64,000 nt of DNA from a virus. The stretch spans positions 46,656 to 110,655 of the IMG/VR virus record IMGVR_UViG_3300045921_000191. One strand, written 5' to 3'. The notes under the pieces were generated by a model. That model ran no database searches. It saw only the letters and a list, made by a program, of their open reading frames with translations, and was not told where the DNA came from. A program made the translations under genes and the position numbers. Positions 50,235-59,255 of this stretch are shown in pieces. Position 1 is the first letter of the stretch. Every line of letters starts with the position of its first letter.

Positions 50235-50275
50235 CCTTTATAGCTTGGAAAATTCCAAGAAGAAAGAAGGACTGA

Positions 50276-50995
50276 TTGAACCTCCCAAAAATAGAACCTA
50301 AAGAGAATGCAGAAAATGCGTTTTTAGAAGCCAGACTGGAAAATTCAGACTTTAACGTGGCTTTCATAGATGTAAATGGCTTAAAACTAGTAAACGACGT
50401 TTACGGTCACTCGCAGGGCGATTTACTTATCCACGCCTTAGCAATGGCCTTTTCACAACAACTACATCCAGACGAACGAGTCTTCCGATTTGGAGGAGAT
50501 GAATTCGTGGCCATTTTAAAACCCAGAACCAGACTACAACTCCTACAACTAGCTACAGTGTTGGAATCGGAAATGCAGAAATTTGCTGGTATAAAAGTTG
50601 CAACCCTCGCAGTAGGGTTTGTAAAAGAGTCTGAATACGCTAATTTCAATCAATTGATTGAGGGTGCGGACGCTTTAATGTATGAATCGAAGTTGTCAGG
50701 TCGTCCCATTTATCGTGAAGATAAAGTAACTCCAGACTCTATTAGAGCGCGAGATCCAAAAGCTTTGTTTAGAAGGGACTATTTCACCTTAATACTTAAA
50801 ACTGTGCTTCAGACTTATCCCGAATTGAAGAACGCAGAAAATCTAATGCGAGATGTTCGACACTTTTGGAGAGCTTACGATGGGGAGTATTTTGAATCTT
50901 TATCACCTTCACAATTAATAAATAAGTTAGTGGATTATTTACCTGTTGAAAGGAAGAAACAACATGGCGCTCAAAAAAGCAACCGAAGTAGCTGA
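50276..50995 (+). CDS. GGDEF-domain protein (putative diguanylate cyclase)
   Basis: FIDVNGLKLVNDVYGHSQGD, RFGGDEF, ADALMYESK. Confidence 0.9.
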   Translation: MNLPKIEPKENAENAFLEARLENSDFNVAFIDVNGLKLVNDVYGHSQGDLLIHALAMAFSQQLHPDERVFRFGGDEFVAILKPRTRLQLLQLATVLESEMQKFAGIKVATLAVGFVKESEYANFNQLIEGADALMYESKLSGRPIYREDKVTPDSIRARDPKALFRRDYFTLILKTVLQTYPELKNAENLMRDVRHFWRAYDGEYFESLSPSQLINKLVDYLPVERKKQHGAQKSNRSS

Positions 50996-51257
50996 GTCTG
51001 TTAAAACGAGACGAGAAGCCGCTGTCCACTCTCAGGTGGATGCTTTGATGGAGAATATAGAGAAGTCCGTCGAAGCTATGATGGAAAATACGTTTATTGA
51101 GGTAGATTTGCCTGAAGACACAATTAGCGGAGTATTGACTACTGTGGTAGAGCGTCTTCGAGAACTCGGGTATAAAACTTGCTTAGTTGAGCAAGTGAAT
51201 CGAGAATCTGAGATCATTGAACGTAGGCTTAGAGTCTCAGTAGCACACTTAGGATAA
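50964..51257 (+). CDS. Hypothetical protein (likely start MALKKA)
   Basis: AGGA RBS; LRELGY motif. Confidence 0.55.
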   Translation: MALKKATEVAESVKTRREAAVHSQVDALMENIEKSVEAMMENTFIEVDLPEDTISGVLTTVVERLRELGYKTCLVEQVNRESEIIERRLRVSVAHLG

Positions 51258-51260
51258 TGC

Positions 51261-51289
51261 TTGACAAAAACGATCTGATTTGTTAGTAT
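51261..51289 (+). promoter_or_regulatory. Sigma70 promoter of the recombinase operon
   Basis: TTGACA-17-(TGt)TAGTAT followed by AAGGAGGT RBS. Confidence 0.75.
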
Positions 51290-51305
51290 ATTAAAAGGAG
51301 GTAAC

Positions 51306-52145
51306 ATGAACTTAGTAAAAACTCAAAATACAACAAATGTATTGATTCAGTTTATTAATAGTTTTGTGTCGCCTCAAACTCGCAGGTCCTATTCCAACGA
51401 CTTGAAAGGGTTCTTTGAGTTTGTTGGACCCCTTAATTCTCCAGCAGATCTTCAACCAATTCACATTTCAGCCTTTCGAGATAAAATTGCAGCAGACGGA
51501 GCGTCTACAGCAACTATTAATAGAAAGATTTCTACAATCAAATCTCTAACTCGCTGGCTAATTCAAAACGGGCACCTAACCACAGACCCTACAATATCTG
51601 TAAAAGTTCCAAAGGTAGTTCATTCTCGTTCTACGGAAGCTTTTAAAGACGAAGAAGTAGCTAAGATTCTTGAAATCGTAGAAGATATTTCACACAAGAC
51701 ATTATTGATGACCCTGTTTTATACAGGCTTGCGCCGATCTGAGGTGGTAAAGTTAAGCCCAGCCAGCATTGTTCAGCAATCAGGTCTCAGCGGCTTTAAG
51801 GTTATAGGTAAGGGCGGCAAAGAACGCCTCGTAGCTATTCCAGAAGAACTTACTAAACAACTTAATATCTACTTTCAGCGCACGCGGATAGGTGACTTTT
51901 TGTTCGAGATGGACGAGTCCACTGTGTACAGGATCGTAAAACGTTATGCTGCGAAAGCTGGAGTGAAGGGCCGATTCGGAGCGCATTCTTGCAGAGCCAC
52001 TGTGATTTCAAATCTACTAGATAACCAAGTCCCGATCCGAGATGTAGCTAATTTTGCAGGTCATAGTTCAGTAAACACTACAACTCTTTACGATAAAAAG
52101 CGAAAAGGTCTAGCAGATAATGCTGGATATAAGATTAGGTACTAG
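51306..52145 (+). CDS. Tyrosine recombinase/integrase (XerC/D-like)
   Basis: SAM-like N-terminus; catalytic set TGLRRSE, GKGGK, HSCR, GHSS, TTLY. Confidence 0.93.
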   Translation: MNLVKTQNTTNVLIQFINSFVSPQTRRSYSNDLKGFFEFVGPLNSPADLQPIHISAFRDKIAADGASTATINRKISTIKSLTRWLIQNGHLTTDPTISVKVPKVVHSRSTEAFKDEEVAKILEIVEDISHKTLLMTLFYTGLRRSEVVKLSPASIVQQSGLSGFKVIGKGGKERLVAIPEELTKQLNIYFQRTRIGDFLFEMDESTVYRIVKRYAAKAGVKGRFGAHSCRATVISNLLDNQVPIRDVANFAGHSSVNTTTLYDKKRKGLADNAGYKIRY

Positions 52146-52146
52146 A

Positions 52147-52536
52147 ATGTTGATTACCAAGAAAACCCACTATGCTCTAATCGCCCTGATAGATGTATGT
52201 CATCACTCTGGAGATCCAGTTAGCACTGCAAAGATTGCGGAACGACAAAACCTACCTAAAGCATTTCTTGATCAAATTTTCAACGTGCTAAAAAAGTCTA
52301 AAATCGTCCAAGTACAAAGAGGCCCAGGCGGAGGATACACGCTGTCTGATAAACCTGAAAACATTAGAGTTGAAGATATAATCTCGGCAATTGGCGATTT
52401 TGAGATATCAGTAGAAGCTGTTGGAAGTTCCCCAGAAGCTAAACGAGTAAACGAATACGTAAGGCTTTTGAACGACAAGGTTTGGAATTATTTCTCTATC
52501 TCTTTGAGAGATTTAGCGGAAGGAAAATATGACTAA
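52147..52536 (+). CDS. Rrf2-family transcriptional regulator lacking the Fe-S cysteines
   Basis: YALIAL...IAERQNLPKAFLDQIF..LKK...RGPGGGYTL...I.V.DII.AI. Confidence 0.9.
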   Translation: MLITKKTHYALIALIDVCHHSGDPVSTAKIAERQNLPKAFLDQIFNVLKKSKIVQVQRGPGGGYTLSDKPENIRVEDIISAIGDFEISVEAVGSSPEAKRVNEYVRLLNDKVWNYFSISLRDLAEGKYD

Positions 52537-52729
52537 CGAAATTAAAACTAGTGAAGAATGGTCTAAAGAGCTTCTTAAAGGTTCTGTTATTTTAGACCCA
52601 GATGGATGGGATAGGCAGAATTATCAATTCTCTTGGTTTGAAGAAAAGATTACTGCTAAAGAGTTTTTACTCAGAGCGTCAAGTTCGACTGGAATGTGGA
52701 CGAAGGAATTCTTAGAAAGGCATTTGTAA
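52529..52729 (+). CDS. Hypothetical phage protein
   Basis: ILDPDGWDR...ITxxEF motif. Confidence 0.65.
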   Translation: MTNEIKTSEEWSKELLKGSVILDPDGWDRQNYQFSWFEEKITAKEFLLRASSSTGMWTKEFLERHL

Positions 52730-53043
52730 TGAAACATTATAGAGGCTTTTTGTCCATGGAATTCAAAAAAGGAATGGACCGTTTTGAGGTCTTTTTGAAC
52801 GGAAAAGAATACGATGATGGTATTAATCATCTGCGCCAAGGAGATTACCTAACTATTTACAATGTTCAAGATATTCCTAGCAGGAGTGATTTTCCTTTGA
52901 CTATTATATGGGAAGGCAAAATTACACAAGATACTTTTTTACAAAAACGTTATCAAATGAGTACCGTTCCAACAGGTATAGATTTTCATAAATATCTTAA
53001 CTTTGTTAGTGCAGGACATTTGGCCGTGTTATCGAGACCTTAA
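52729..53043 (+). CDS. Hypothetical protein (likely start MKHY)
   Basis: TAATG overlap. Confidence 0.55.
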   Translation: MKHYRGFLSMEFKKGMDRFEVFLNGKEYDDGINHLRQGDYLTIYNVQDIPSRSDFPLTIIWEGKITQDTFLQKRYQMSTVPTGIDFHKYLNFVSAGHLAVLSRP

Positions 53044-53249
53044 TGATTCCTCTAGAATTAAAACCAATTTTGATACTAATGATTGGAATGTTGACATTAA
53101 GCGTGATTTTAAGTATTGTATTCTCTAAGGCGACTAATACGCCTAGAAAGGACGACTGTCCTCCGCATGAATGGAAGTATGAGGTAAATCATCTCATTTG
53201 CCAAAAGTGCAGGATGCCAGCAGGGTATCCAAATGACCGAATGGATTAG
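53043..53249 (+). CDS. Small membrane protein with CPPH...CxxC Zn motif
   Basis: N-terminal TM; CPPHEW...ICQKC. Confidence 0.6.
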   Translation: MIPLELKPILILMIGMLTLSVILSIVFSKATNTPRKDDCPPHEWKYEVNHLICQKCRMPAGYPNDRMD

Positions 53250-53379
53250 CTTCTCGGCCTTTTTGCTTTCTTTTATTATTCAAGTAGATTTCTTTCTTTA
53301 TAAAAGAGAAGTTAAACAATTGTTTATAGCGTGGGGACTGACGGCGGTAGCTTGGTCTATTCACCTGTTTGGAGGATAA
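53233..53379 (+). CDS. 48-aa hydrophobic protein (not in ORF track)
   Basis: MTEWISFSAFLLSFIIQVDFFLYKREVKQLFIAWGLTAVAWSIHLFGG. Confidence 0.45.
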   Translation: MTEWISFSAFLLSFIIQVDFFLYKREVKQLFIAWGLTAVAWSIHLFGG

Positions 53380-53595
53380 ATGTCAAATTCAACCACTAAA
53401 ACCATTTCTATGTCGTATTCAGAATACGAGGCTGATTTGAGTAAGTCAAATCTTGAAGGATACAGCCAAGCTATGTCGATCGTTCGTCACGTTTTAAACG
53501 GTAAGACGGTTAAGCGCGGCGAAGGCACTACGGATGAGGAATGGGCAATTTGGGCTCAACTTATGGAAAAAGTTAAAAATGAAAAAGATACTTAA
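53380..53595 (+). CDS. Hypothetical protein
   Basis: GGAGG RBS. Confidence 0.55.
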   Translation: MSNSTTKTISMSYSEYEADLSKSNLEGYSQAMSIVRHVLNGKTVKRGEGTTDEEWAIWAQLMEKVKNEKDT

Positions 53596-53812
53596 TTTAG
53601 CCTGGTTGATTTTATCTAGAAGTGCTGTAATTGCGGCTTTTGTTATAACTTCAACTTTAGTAGGCTGGAACAAAGGACACGATACTGGATATGTTCATGC
53701 AATGGCTGATGTAACACTTGGTCAAGTAAACGCAGAACAATTTATGATTGATTATTGGATAGGAATTGGTCGTCTTGATCCGACCAAGTTTAACAGAAAG
53801 AAGATTAAGTGA
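53579..53812 (+). CDS. Small membrane protein (likely start MKKIL)
   Basis: N-terminal TM followed by a G..KG..TGY repeat. Confidence 0.5.
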   Translation: MKKILNLAWLILSRSAVIAAFVITSTLVGWNKGHDTGYVHAMADVTLGQVNAEQFMIDYWIGIGRLDPTKFNRKKIK

Positions 53813-54351
53813 AAATTCTTAGCCTGGATCTGGAAATGAATCAACCATCGGGGCGGATTATTCAAATCGGCGCTTGTGTAGGAGATACATTAACAGGGGA
53901 AATTTTAGAAACCTTGTCGGTTCTAGTTGACCCAGGCGAAGAGTTAACGGATTTCATTGTAAATCTTACTGGTATTTATCCAGCTCATATCTCAGAAAAA
54001 GGGGGCACTTTAATGGCCGCCTACGAGAAATTGAAAGAGCTTCATATCAAACATGCTTGTTTTATGAACCCCATCACTTGGGGTGGTGGGGATTCTTACG
54101 AATTAAAACAGCAACTAGTTAGAGACTATCCTGATTGGGATCAAAAATTATGGACTTTTGGCCGACGATGGATAGATGTTAAAACTCTCTGGCACACTCA
54201 GCAAATTGCCATAGAAGGTAAACTGCAAGCTGGCCTTGCCAAAGCTTTAGCTAAGTCTGGCATGCAATTTAAAGGGAGAAGGCATAACGCAAAGGACGAC
54301 GCAATAAACACGTTCTACATGTTCCAATACATGCTAAGAAGATTCAGGTGA
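53809..54351 (+). CDS. DEDDh 3'-5' exonuclease
   Basis: LDLEM, IIQIGA, TWGGGD, HNAKDDA. Confidence 0.9.
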   Translation: MKILSLDLEMNQPSGRIIQIGACVGDTLTGEILETLSVLVDPGEELTDFIVNLTGIYPAHISEKGGTLMAAYEKLKELHIKHACFMNPITWGGGDSYELKQQLVRDYPDWDQKLWTFGRRWIDVKTLWHTQQIAIEGKLQAGLAKALAKSGMQFKGRRHNAKDDAINTFYMFQYMLRRFR

Positions 54352-54354
54352 GTC

Positions 54355-54546
54355 TTGCAAAATCCGAAGAAAATATTTTGTTTCAAATTTTACAGACTTC
54401 AACAAGTTGAGGTAGAAGTGTATGCCGAAGACGAGGATCGCGCTAAACAGCGGTTTTTAGAAAGAAAATGGGCGAACAAACCTTTTGAAGTTTACGCTGA
54501 AGAGGAAGAGATTATAGATATTTTAGAAGTGGAGTATTGGAATTAG
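54355..54546 (+). CDS. Hypothetical acidic protein
   Basis: VEVYAEDEDRA motif. Confidence 0.5.
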   Translation: MQNPKKIFCFKFYRLQQVEVEVYAEDEDRAKQRFLERKWANKPFEVYAEEEEIIDILEVEYWN

Positions 54547-54547
54547 T

Positions 54548-54868
54548 ATGGTAAAAGAATTACCAGAAGCTGTTTTACAAACTTATGCGTTTTGGAGAGA
54601 GACCAGAACTCTAGAAGAATGCTTGACAGAAACTTTAAATGGTGATAAAATAGAAGGGTTTGATCTCGTGTACGATGACTCTTTAGTAGAAGAGGACCTC
54701 GAGACCGAGAAACTGAATTATGCTATGACTTCTATAGAAAAGCTTCACATTTGGACAAAAACCAGAGTTTTGATATGGGAACCCGAGTGGAGATTTTTTC
54801 GCGTATTTCCCAGAAATCCAGATAAAAATAATAAGTTTAAAATAAAGAGGGACGACGGATGGACTTGA
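54548..54868 (+). CDS. Hypothetical phage protein
   Basis: IWTKTRV...PRNP motif. Confidence 0.6.
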   Translation: MVKELPEAVLQTYAFWRETRTLEECLTETLNGDKIEGFDLVYDDSLVEEDLETEKLNYAMTSIEKLHIWTKTRVLIWEPEWRFFRVFPRNPDKNNKFKIKRDDGWT

Positions 54869-54971
54869 AAAAGATATTAAACAGCGGACAAGTTCCTAAA
54901 GAAATAGCAAAAGCTGCTATTTTACATGAACATAATATGACTAAGTGCATCACTAAAAGTGAACTTAAAAA

Positions 54972-55128
54972 GTGAAAGAAAATAGACTTAAATTTAACGG
55001 ATGACGCCGCCAAATTAGTTAGACAGTGGTCCAAGAAACTTCGAGTCTCTGAGGAGAGTATAATTTATGCAGCACCCCTTCAATACATTAAAGAAACCCT
55101 TGGTGGATCTGAAGAAGTTGGATATTGA
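54972..55128 (+). pseudogene. Ribbon-helix-helix-like small ORF with out-of-frame start
   Basis: Frame KKIDLNLTDDAAKLVRQWSKKLRVSEESIIYAA... lacks a start; the coupled GTG at 54972 is 1 nt out of frame. Confidence 0.45.
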
Positions 55129-55243
55129 AACTGTTGAGCAATTCATTGCTCGCGGCGGAAAAGTACAGAAAATAAACAGCAAACCTCCTGCCAAACCTAT
55201 ACCATTTAACTTTATGTTTTCTTGGCGAAAACGTCGTAAATAA
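55103..55243 (+). CDS. 46-aa SutA-like putative RNA polymerase-binding protein (not in ORF track)
   Basis: ETVEQFIARGGKVQKI...PPAKP resembles the SutA EEFLSRGGKVQEI...PPKKP segment. Confidence 0.6.
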   Translation: MDLKKLDIETVEQFIARGGKVQKINSKPPAKPIPFNFMFSWRKRRK

Positions 55244-55246
55244 AGC

Positions 55247-55275
55247 TTGACAATTCTAGTAAACTATGTCATGAT
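55247..55275 (+). promoter_or_regulatory. Sigma70 promoter (leaderless start at 55282)
   Basis: TTGACA-17-(TGt)CATGAT, then 6 nt to the ATG. Confidence 0.75.
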
Positions 55276-55281
55276 AGGAGC

Positions 55282-55857
55282 ATGGGTAAGATTTTAATAT
55301 ACGAAAAGTATAAACACTTGCTTCTTCCTGCAACTAGGGAAGTTCTTGAAAAATCCTTCGATACTGATAAAGTAGAGCATCGCATAACCCGTGCCACTGT
55401 TAAAAACAGCTCTGTTATGCCGTTTATTGTTCAAGTTAGAGATCGCTTCGAACAAGCCGAAGCTATTCACCGAATTTGCAAAGAACTAGATCATATGGTC
55501 GAAGTCAATGCTTTGGCTGGAGTTTATAAAAACGAGGCATTATTTTATCAGCTTAATCCTCCTGTCACTGAGCAAACTCCAGGTTACGATCTTTGGCGAT
55601 CAAGTTCATACAATCAACATGCCGATGGTAGATTTGTAGGAGCCATGCTGCATGTCTGGGGAGGTAGCTTTTACGAACTACGAGCATTCTACAGTAGTGT
55701 ATTCTGCACTTCTGAAGGTGAGATAGCTCCCTTTCTTCCAAAAATAGCTCAGCCGAAAAAATGCGTTTGTGGGATTGAGGTATTGTACGGTGATAAGTCT
55801 ATTAAACAGATGCACGCGGATTGGTGCCCCTTGAGTGTTTACGAAAGAGGTAGTTGA
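55282..55857 (+). CDS. Hypothetical protein with C-terminal CxCG...H..WCP Zn motif
   Basis: KKCVCG...HADWCP. Confidence 0.6.
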   Translation: MGKILIYEKYKHLLLPATREVLEKSFDTDKVEHRITRATVKNSSVMPFIVQVRDRFEQAEAIHRICKELDHMVEVNALAGVYKNEALFYQLNPPVTEQTPGYDLWRSSSYNQHADGRFVGAMLHVWGGSFYELRAFYSSVFCTSEGEIAPFLPKIAQPKKCVCGIEVLYGDKSIKQMHADWCPLSVYERGS

Positions 55858-56454
55858 GTGCTAAAGCTTAGAGTAAAACAAGAACAAATCATTTCCGCTC
55901 GAAAGAGAATGAAAGCCCATCCAGATAACGGTTTATTGAAAACCAACACTAATAACACTCTTAATGGGTATGTTTCAGAAGAAGTACTCCGAGAGTACCT
56001 CAAACAGTTTACTCCAACAGACTTAACTACGCACAGCAAGGCTGCGGTAGTAAATTCGGACTTCCTTTACAAAGGGCTTAAAATCGAGCTTAAGACCAAG
56101 CAATCGAAGTATCTGGAAATCCCAGATCATTGGGACTGCTCTATATGGGCATATCTAAAGCTATACCAAAAACCCGATTACTATATTTTTACGCGTATTT
56201 ACAAAGAGCAAAAGGACTGGATTCTTATTGTGATTGGCTGGATTTCTTCTAAAGACTTTTGGGAACGTTGTGTAGAAGTTAAAAAGGGCTCCTACTTAGC
56301 CAACTCTGACAGTTATGCACGGGACACCTCATACAATGTTTTGGTTAAAGACGTTAATCAGGACTTAAGAGAATTAATGATTGAACTTGACGCCGAAAGT
56401 CAAAAGCGTCAAACTGCAACAAGCGCCACCCGAAAGTTTAGGAGAGAAGCGTGA
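55858..56454 (+). CDS. PD-(D/E)XK-family nuclease
   Basis: GYVSEE...DF....KIELKTK...DYYIF...IGW. Confidence 0.65.
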   Translation: MLKLRVKQEQIISARKRMKAHPDNGLLKTNTNNTLNGYVSEEVLREYLKQFTPTDLTTHSKAAVVNSDFLYKGLKIELKTKQSKYLEIPDHWDCSIWAYLKLYQKPDYYIFTRIYKEQKDWILIVIGWISSKDFWERCVEVKKGSYLANSDSYARDTSYNVLVKDVNQDLRELMIELDAESQKRQTATSATRKFRREA

Positions 56455-56915
56455 AACGTAAAGCAGTCATCTTTGATTTAGACGGTACGCTTTGTAATTA
56501 CAATCACCGTCGTCCATTAATCACTGGATCCAAGAAGGATTGGGATGCATTCCTTTCAGCTTGCGACAAAGACACGCCCAATCGTTGGGCTGTCAAATTG
56601 GTTCAAATGTACTCTTATCCTCCCGCTGGCTATCGAATAATGTTTGTGACTGGCAGAGGCAGGGAATACGAAGAGAAGACTCGCGCCTGGATTTATAGTT
56701 ACCTTGGATGGGGCCGACTTCAGAATCGATATGCTTTATACATGCGTCCTGAAAAAGATTCTCGCCCCGACGACGAAATTAAAAAGGAAATCTATTTACG
56801 AGATATTGAGCCGTTTTTTGACGTTGAAGTGGTAATAGATGATCGAACTAGAGAGGTAAAGATGTGGCGTAGTCTTGGGTTAACTTGCCTACAATGTGAT
56901 GATGGGAATTTTTAA
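56451..56915 (+). CDS. HAD-family phosphatase (T4 PseT/PNKP 3'-phosphatase-like)
   Basis: FDLDGTL, VTGR, LYMRP..D.RPD..IK, IDDR, WRSLGL.C. Confidence 0.9.
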   Translation: MKRKAVIFDLDGTLCNYNHRRPLITGSKKDWDAFLSACDKDTPNRWAVKLVQMYSYPPAGYRIMFVTGRGREYEEKTRAWIYSYLGWGRLQNRYALYMRPEKDSRPDDEIKKEIYLRDIEPFFDVEVVIDDRTREVKMWRSLGLTCLQCDDGNF

Positions 56916-57406
56916 TGAGAACGATCTTTAAATGTGAGTTTGGATCTGCCATTTATGGTACTTCTACGCCCACTTCAGACAAAAGATTACAAATCGATCT
57001 TTGTTCCTGACCCCTTGGATATAGTGCTTCAACGCGTTCCAAGAAATATCACTAAGAATACTAAAACTGATATTCATGCTAAAAATACCTCTGATGATAT
57101 CGACGATCAGGCTTTATCACTTCAGGAATACCTGCGCCTGCTCACTCAAGGTCAAACTCCAATGCTTGATATGTTGTTTTGTCCAGAAGAGAAAGTCCTC
57201 ATTACATCTCCCGAATGGGAGCGTGTAAAATCTTACCGTCACTCTTTTCTTCATAAAGGCACGTCGGCATTCGTAGGTCATGTTCGTCAGCAAGCCGCCA
57301 AACAAATCAGCATTTACCACCTACAGCATCAGCTTTTACTTCGGATAGTTTGGTCACTGAAATCTATTCCAATGAACTTAAGAAATGGCTTGACATATCT
57401 CATTAA
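56915..57406 (+). pseudogene. Pol-beta-like nucleotidyltransferase (T4 NrdC.11-like), frameshifted and internally deleted
   Basis: MRTIFKCEFGSAIYGTSTPTSDK | DYKSIFVP: an extra A at 56981-56984 splits the GS..YG...SDxD motif; sequence breaks after QQAAK. Confidence 0.8.
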
Positions 57407-57418
57407 ATTAGGTATTTT
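57390..57418 (+). promoter_or_regulatory. Sigma70-like promoter (near-leaderless, ATG 57426)
   Basis: TTGACA-17-TATTTT, then 7 nt to the ATG; no RBS. Confidence 0.6.
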
Positions 57419-57425
57419 ATATTAA

Positions 57426-57764
57426 ATGCTTATTAAACACTCAAAACCCTTTAAAAGACCCAATTACAGCGCTATGTATGTTGTGGAAGTTAATGAACAA
57501 CTAGGCTTTGTTGAAGTTGTGCCTTGGATGACTGAGATAGGGTTTGAGTATGATGACACCTTAGCTTCATTTAAGGGCCGAGTAGAGTGCATAGCTCAAA
57601 GAAAGGTCGTATTGCAATACGATCCTGAATTGGACGAACGGCTAGCAAAATTTTTAGTGGATAATTTTTTTGAAAAAGACGAAACTACTAGGGCTGACAT
57701 TTATGGCCCCGATAGTTGGTATTTGATTGACGGAAAAGACAAACAACCTTTCAAAGAAAAGTAA
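57426..57764 (+). CDS. Hypothetical protein
   Basis: 112-aa ORF. Confidence 0.55.
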   Translation: MLIKHSKPFKRPNYSAMYVVEVNEQLGFVEVVPWMTEIGFEYDDTLASFKGRVECIAQRKVVLQYDPELDERLAKFLVDNFFEKDETTRADIYGPDSWYLIDGKDKQPFKEK

Positions 57765-57770
57765 GAGTAA

Positions 57771-58418
57771 ATGAAATATCTAGCATTTGATACTGAAACA
57801 GGAGGACTTGATCCTAAAGAGTCATCGTTATTGACTGCCTACTTTGCAATCTTAGATGACAATCTTAATACTATAGATTCCTTGAGTTTGAAAGTGAAAC
57901 CTGATGATGGATTGTTTAAAGCTAATCCAGAAGCTTTGGCTATAAACAAGATCAACTTGGAAGAGCACGATGCGGCAGCCGTGACTTATCAAGAGGCTGG
58001 AGCACAACTTGCTAAGCTAATTGCAAAGCATTCATCTAAATATGATAAGCTAACTCCAATCGCTCACAATATTGAGTTCGATCTTAGCTTCGTTTATGAA
58101 CACTTGCTCAGCAAGAAACTTTGGGAAAACGGAGTATCTTATCGTAAGATTGATACTGCTCAAATTGCTAACTTTTTGAAGTTGGCAGGCTTGCTCGATA
58201 ACAAACAGCAAGTAAATCTTGGAGGCCTTGCAGAGACGTTGGGCGTTCAGTTCTTTGGAGATGGTGCTCACTCTGCTCAGGCGGATGTTGAAGTGATGAT
58301 CGGGGTTCTTGGTCAATTCAAAAAGCTAGTAAATAACGCTCCGAAATTTACGACTCCTGCCCCAATCGTTAACACTGACGGAGTTGCTTCTTCACGATTT
58401 AGAAAGAGGACTATATGA
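57771..58418 (+). CDS. DEDDh exonuclease (DnaQ/epsilon-like)
   Basis: FDTETGGLDP, AHNIEFDLSF, IDT, AHSAQADV. Confidence 0.9.
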   Translation: MKYLAFDTETGGLDPKESSLLTAYFAILDDNLNTIDSLSLKVKPDDGLFKANPEALAINKINLEEHDAAAVTYQEAGAQLAKLIAKHSSKYDKLTPIAHNIEFDLSFVYEHLLSKKLWENGVSYRKIDTAQIANFLKLAGLLDNKQQVNLGGLAETLGVQFFGDGAHSAQADVEVMIGVLGQFKKLVNNAPKFTTPAPIVNTDGVASSRFRKRTI

Positions 58419-58651
58419 ACAAGGGTGAATTAGTGGCAATTGCTCCAAGCGGAGCTTTAGTAGTCTTAATCCCAATTTACACCAGAAATATAGCAGAAGA
58501 ACTGTGCGTAAAGGAAGGTTACAGTTTTCATTTAATCACGACCGAAGAATCTCCTGTGGGTTATATTTTAGATTGGGAAGAGACAGGCGATCAGTGTCGT
58601 ATTTTTGGTAAAGACATTCTTGATAGCTTGGAAGTGTTGGGCGAACTGTGA
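58415..58651 (+). CDS. Hypothetical protein
   Basis: GAGG RBS, ATGA overlap. Confidence 0.55.
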   Translation: MNKGELVAIAPSGALVVLIPIYTRNIAEELCVKEGYSFHLITTEESPVGYILDWEETGDQCRIFGKDILDSLEVLGEL

Positions 58652-58826
58652 AAAACTCATTTACGAAAAAACGGCTATCCTGGGGCACCTTAAAATCTTG
58701 CTCAAAATAAGATCTCAGTGGGATTTTGGAGTAGCGTGGGATATGACTGAGGAAGTATTAATAAAAACTTTGAAGAGATTTCTTCAAGTTAATTGGATCG
58801 TTTGCGATCCTGATTTGGAGGAATAA
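58648..58826 (+). pseudogene. Small ORF with out-of-frame coupled GTG start
   Basis: GTG at 58648 followed by an A5 run is 1 nt off the KLIYEKTAIL... frame. Confidence 0.4.
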
Positions 58827-59035
58827 TGTGTTTACTTTGCTGGGAAATTCAAAAAGAGAGAATGAACATTAGGGAAGTGGCTCGCGCATTTCGTGAGATG
58901 GTAATTCCTAAAGAACACGAAGACGAGGTTTATTACCACATCGAACGGTCGTATGGAGTAGAGGAGATAGCAAACGAGCTATTTCAAATAGACGCAGAAG
59001 AGGAAAAAAGTAAAAGTGAATCAAGAAATCGCTGA
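58826..59035 (+). CDS. Hypothetical phage protein
   Basis: MCLLC...EM....EH motif, GGAGG RBS. Confidence 0.6.
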   Translation: MCLLCWEIQKERMNIREVARAFREMVIPKEHEDEVYYHIERSYGVEEIANELFQIDAEEEKSKSESRNR

Positions 59036-59234
59036 ATTTGTTAAGTTCTTACGTTTGGGGTCCGTATGCCATTCGTGGCGTAGAATTGCCGAATTGGTGG
59101 TAGAGGAATTCCCTGGATATGCAGAATCTCAAGGTTGGCCTAGTGACGCAGCCGCTCATGGAAATCAATTGTTCGGTAAAGATCTCTGTCACGACGCCGC
59201 CGAGTTTTTGGACATAGAGGAACTCAAAGAATAA
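59016..59234 (+). CDS. Hypothetical phage protein
   Basis: SWRRIA...GNQLFG..LC..AA. Confidence 0.55.
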   Translation: MNQEIAEFVKFLRLGSVCHSWRRIAELVVEEFPGYAESQGWPSDAAAHGNQLFGKDLCHDAAEFLDIEELKE

Positions 59235-59255
59235 TAACTAGACCAAGGATTACAA

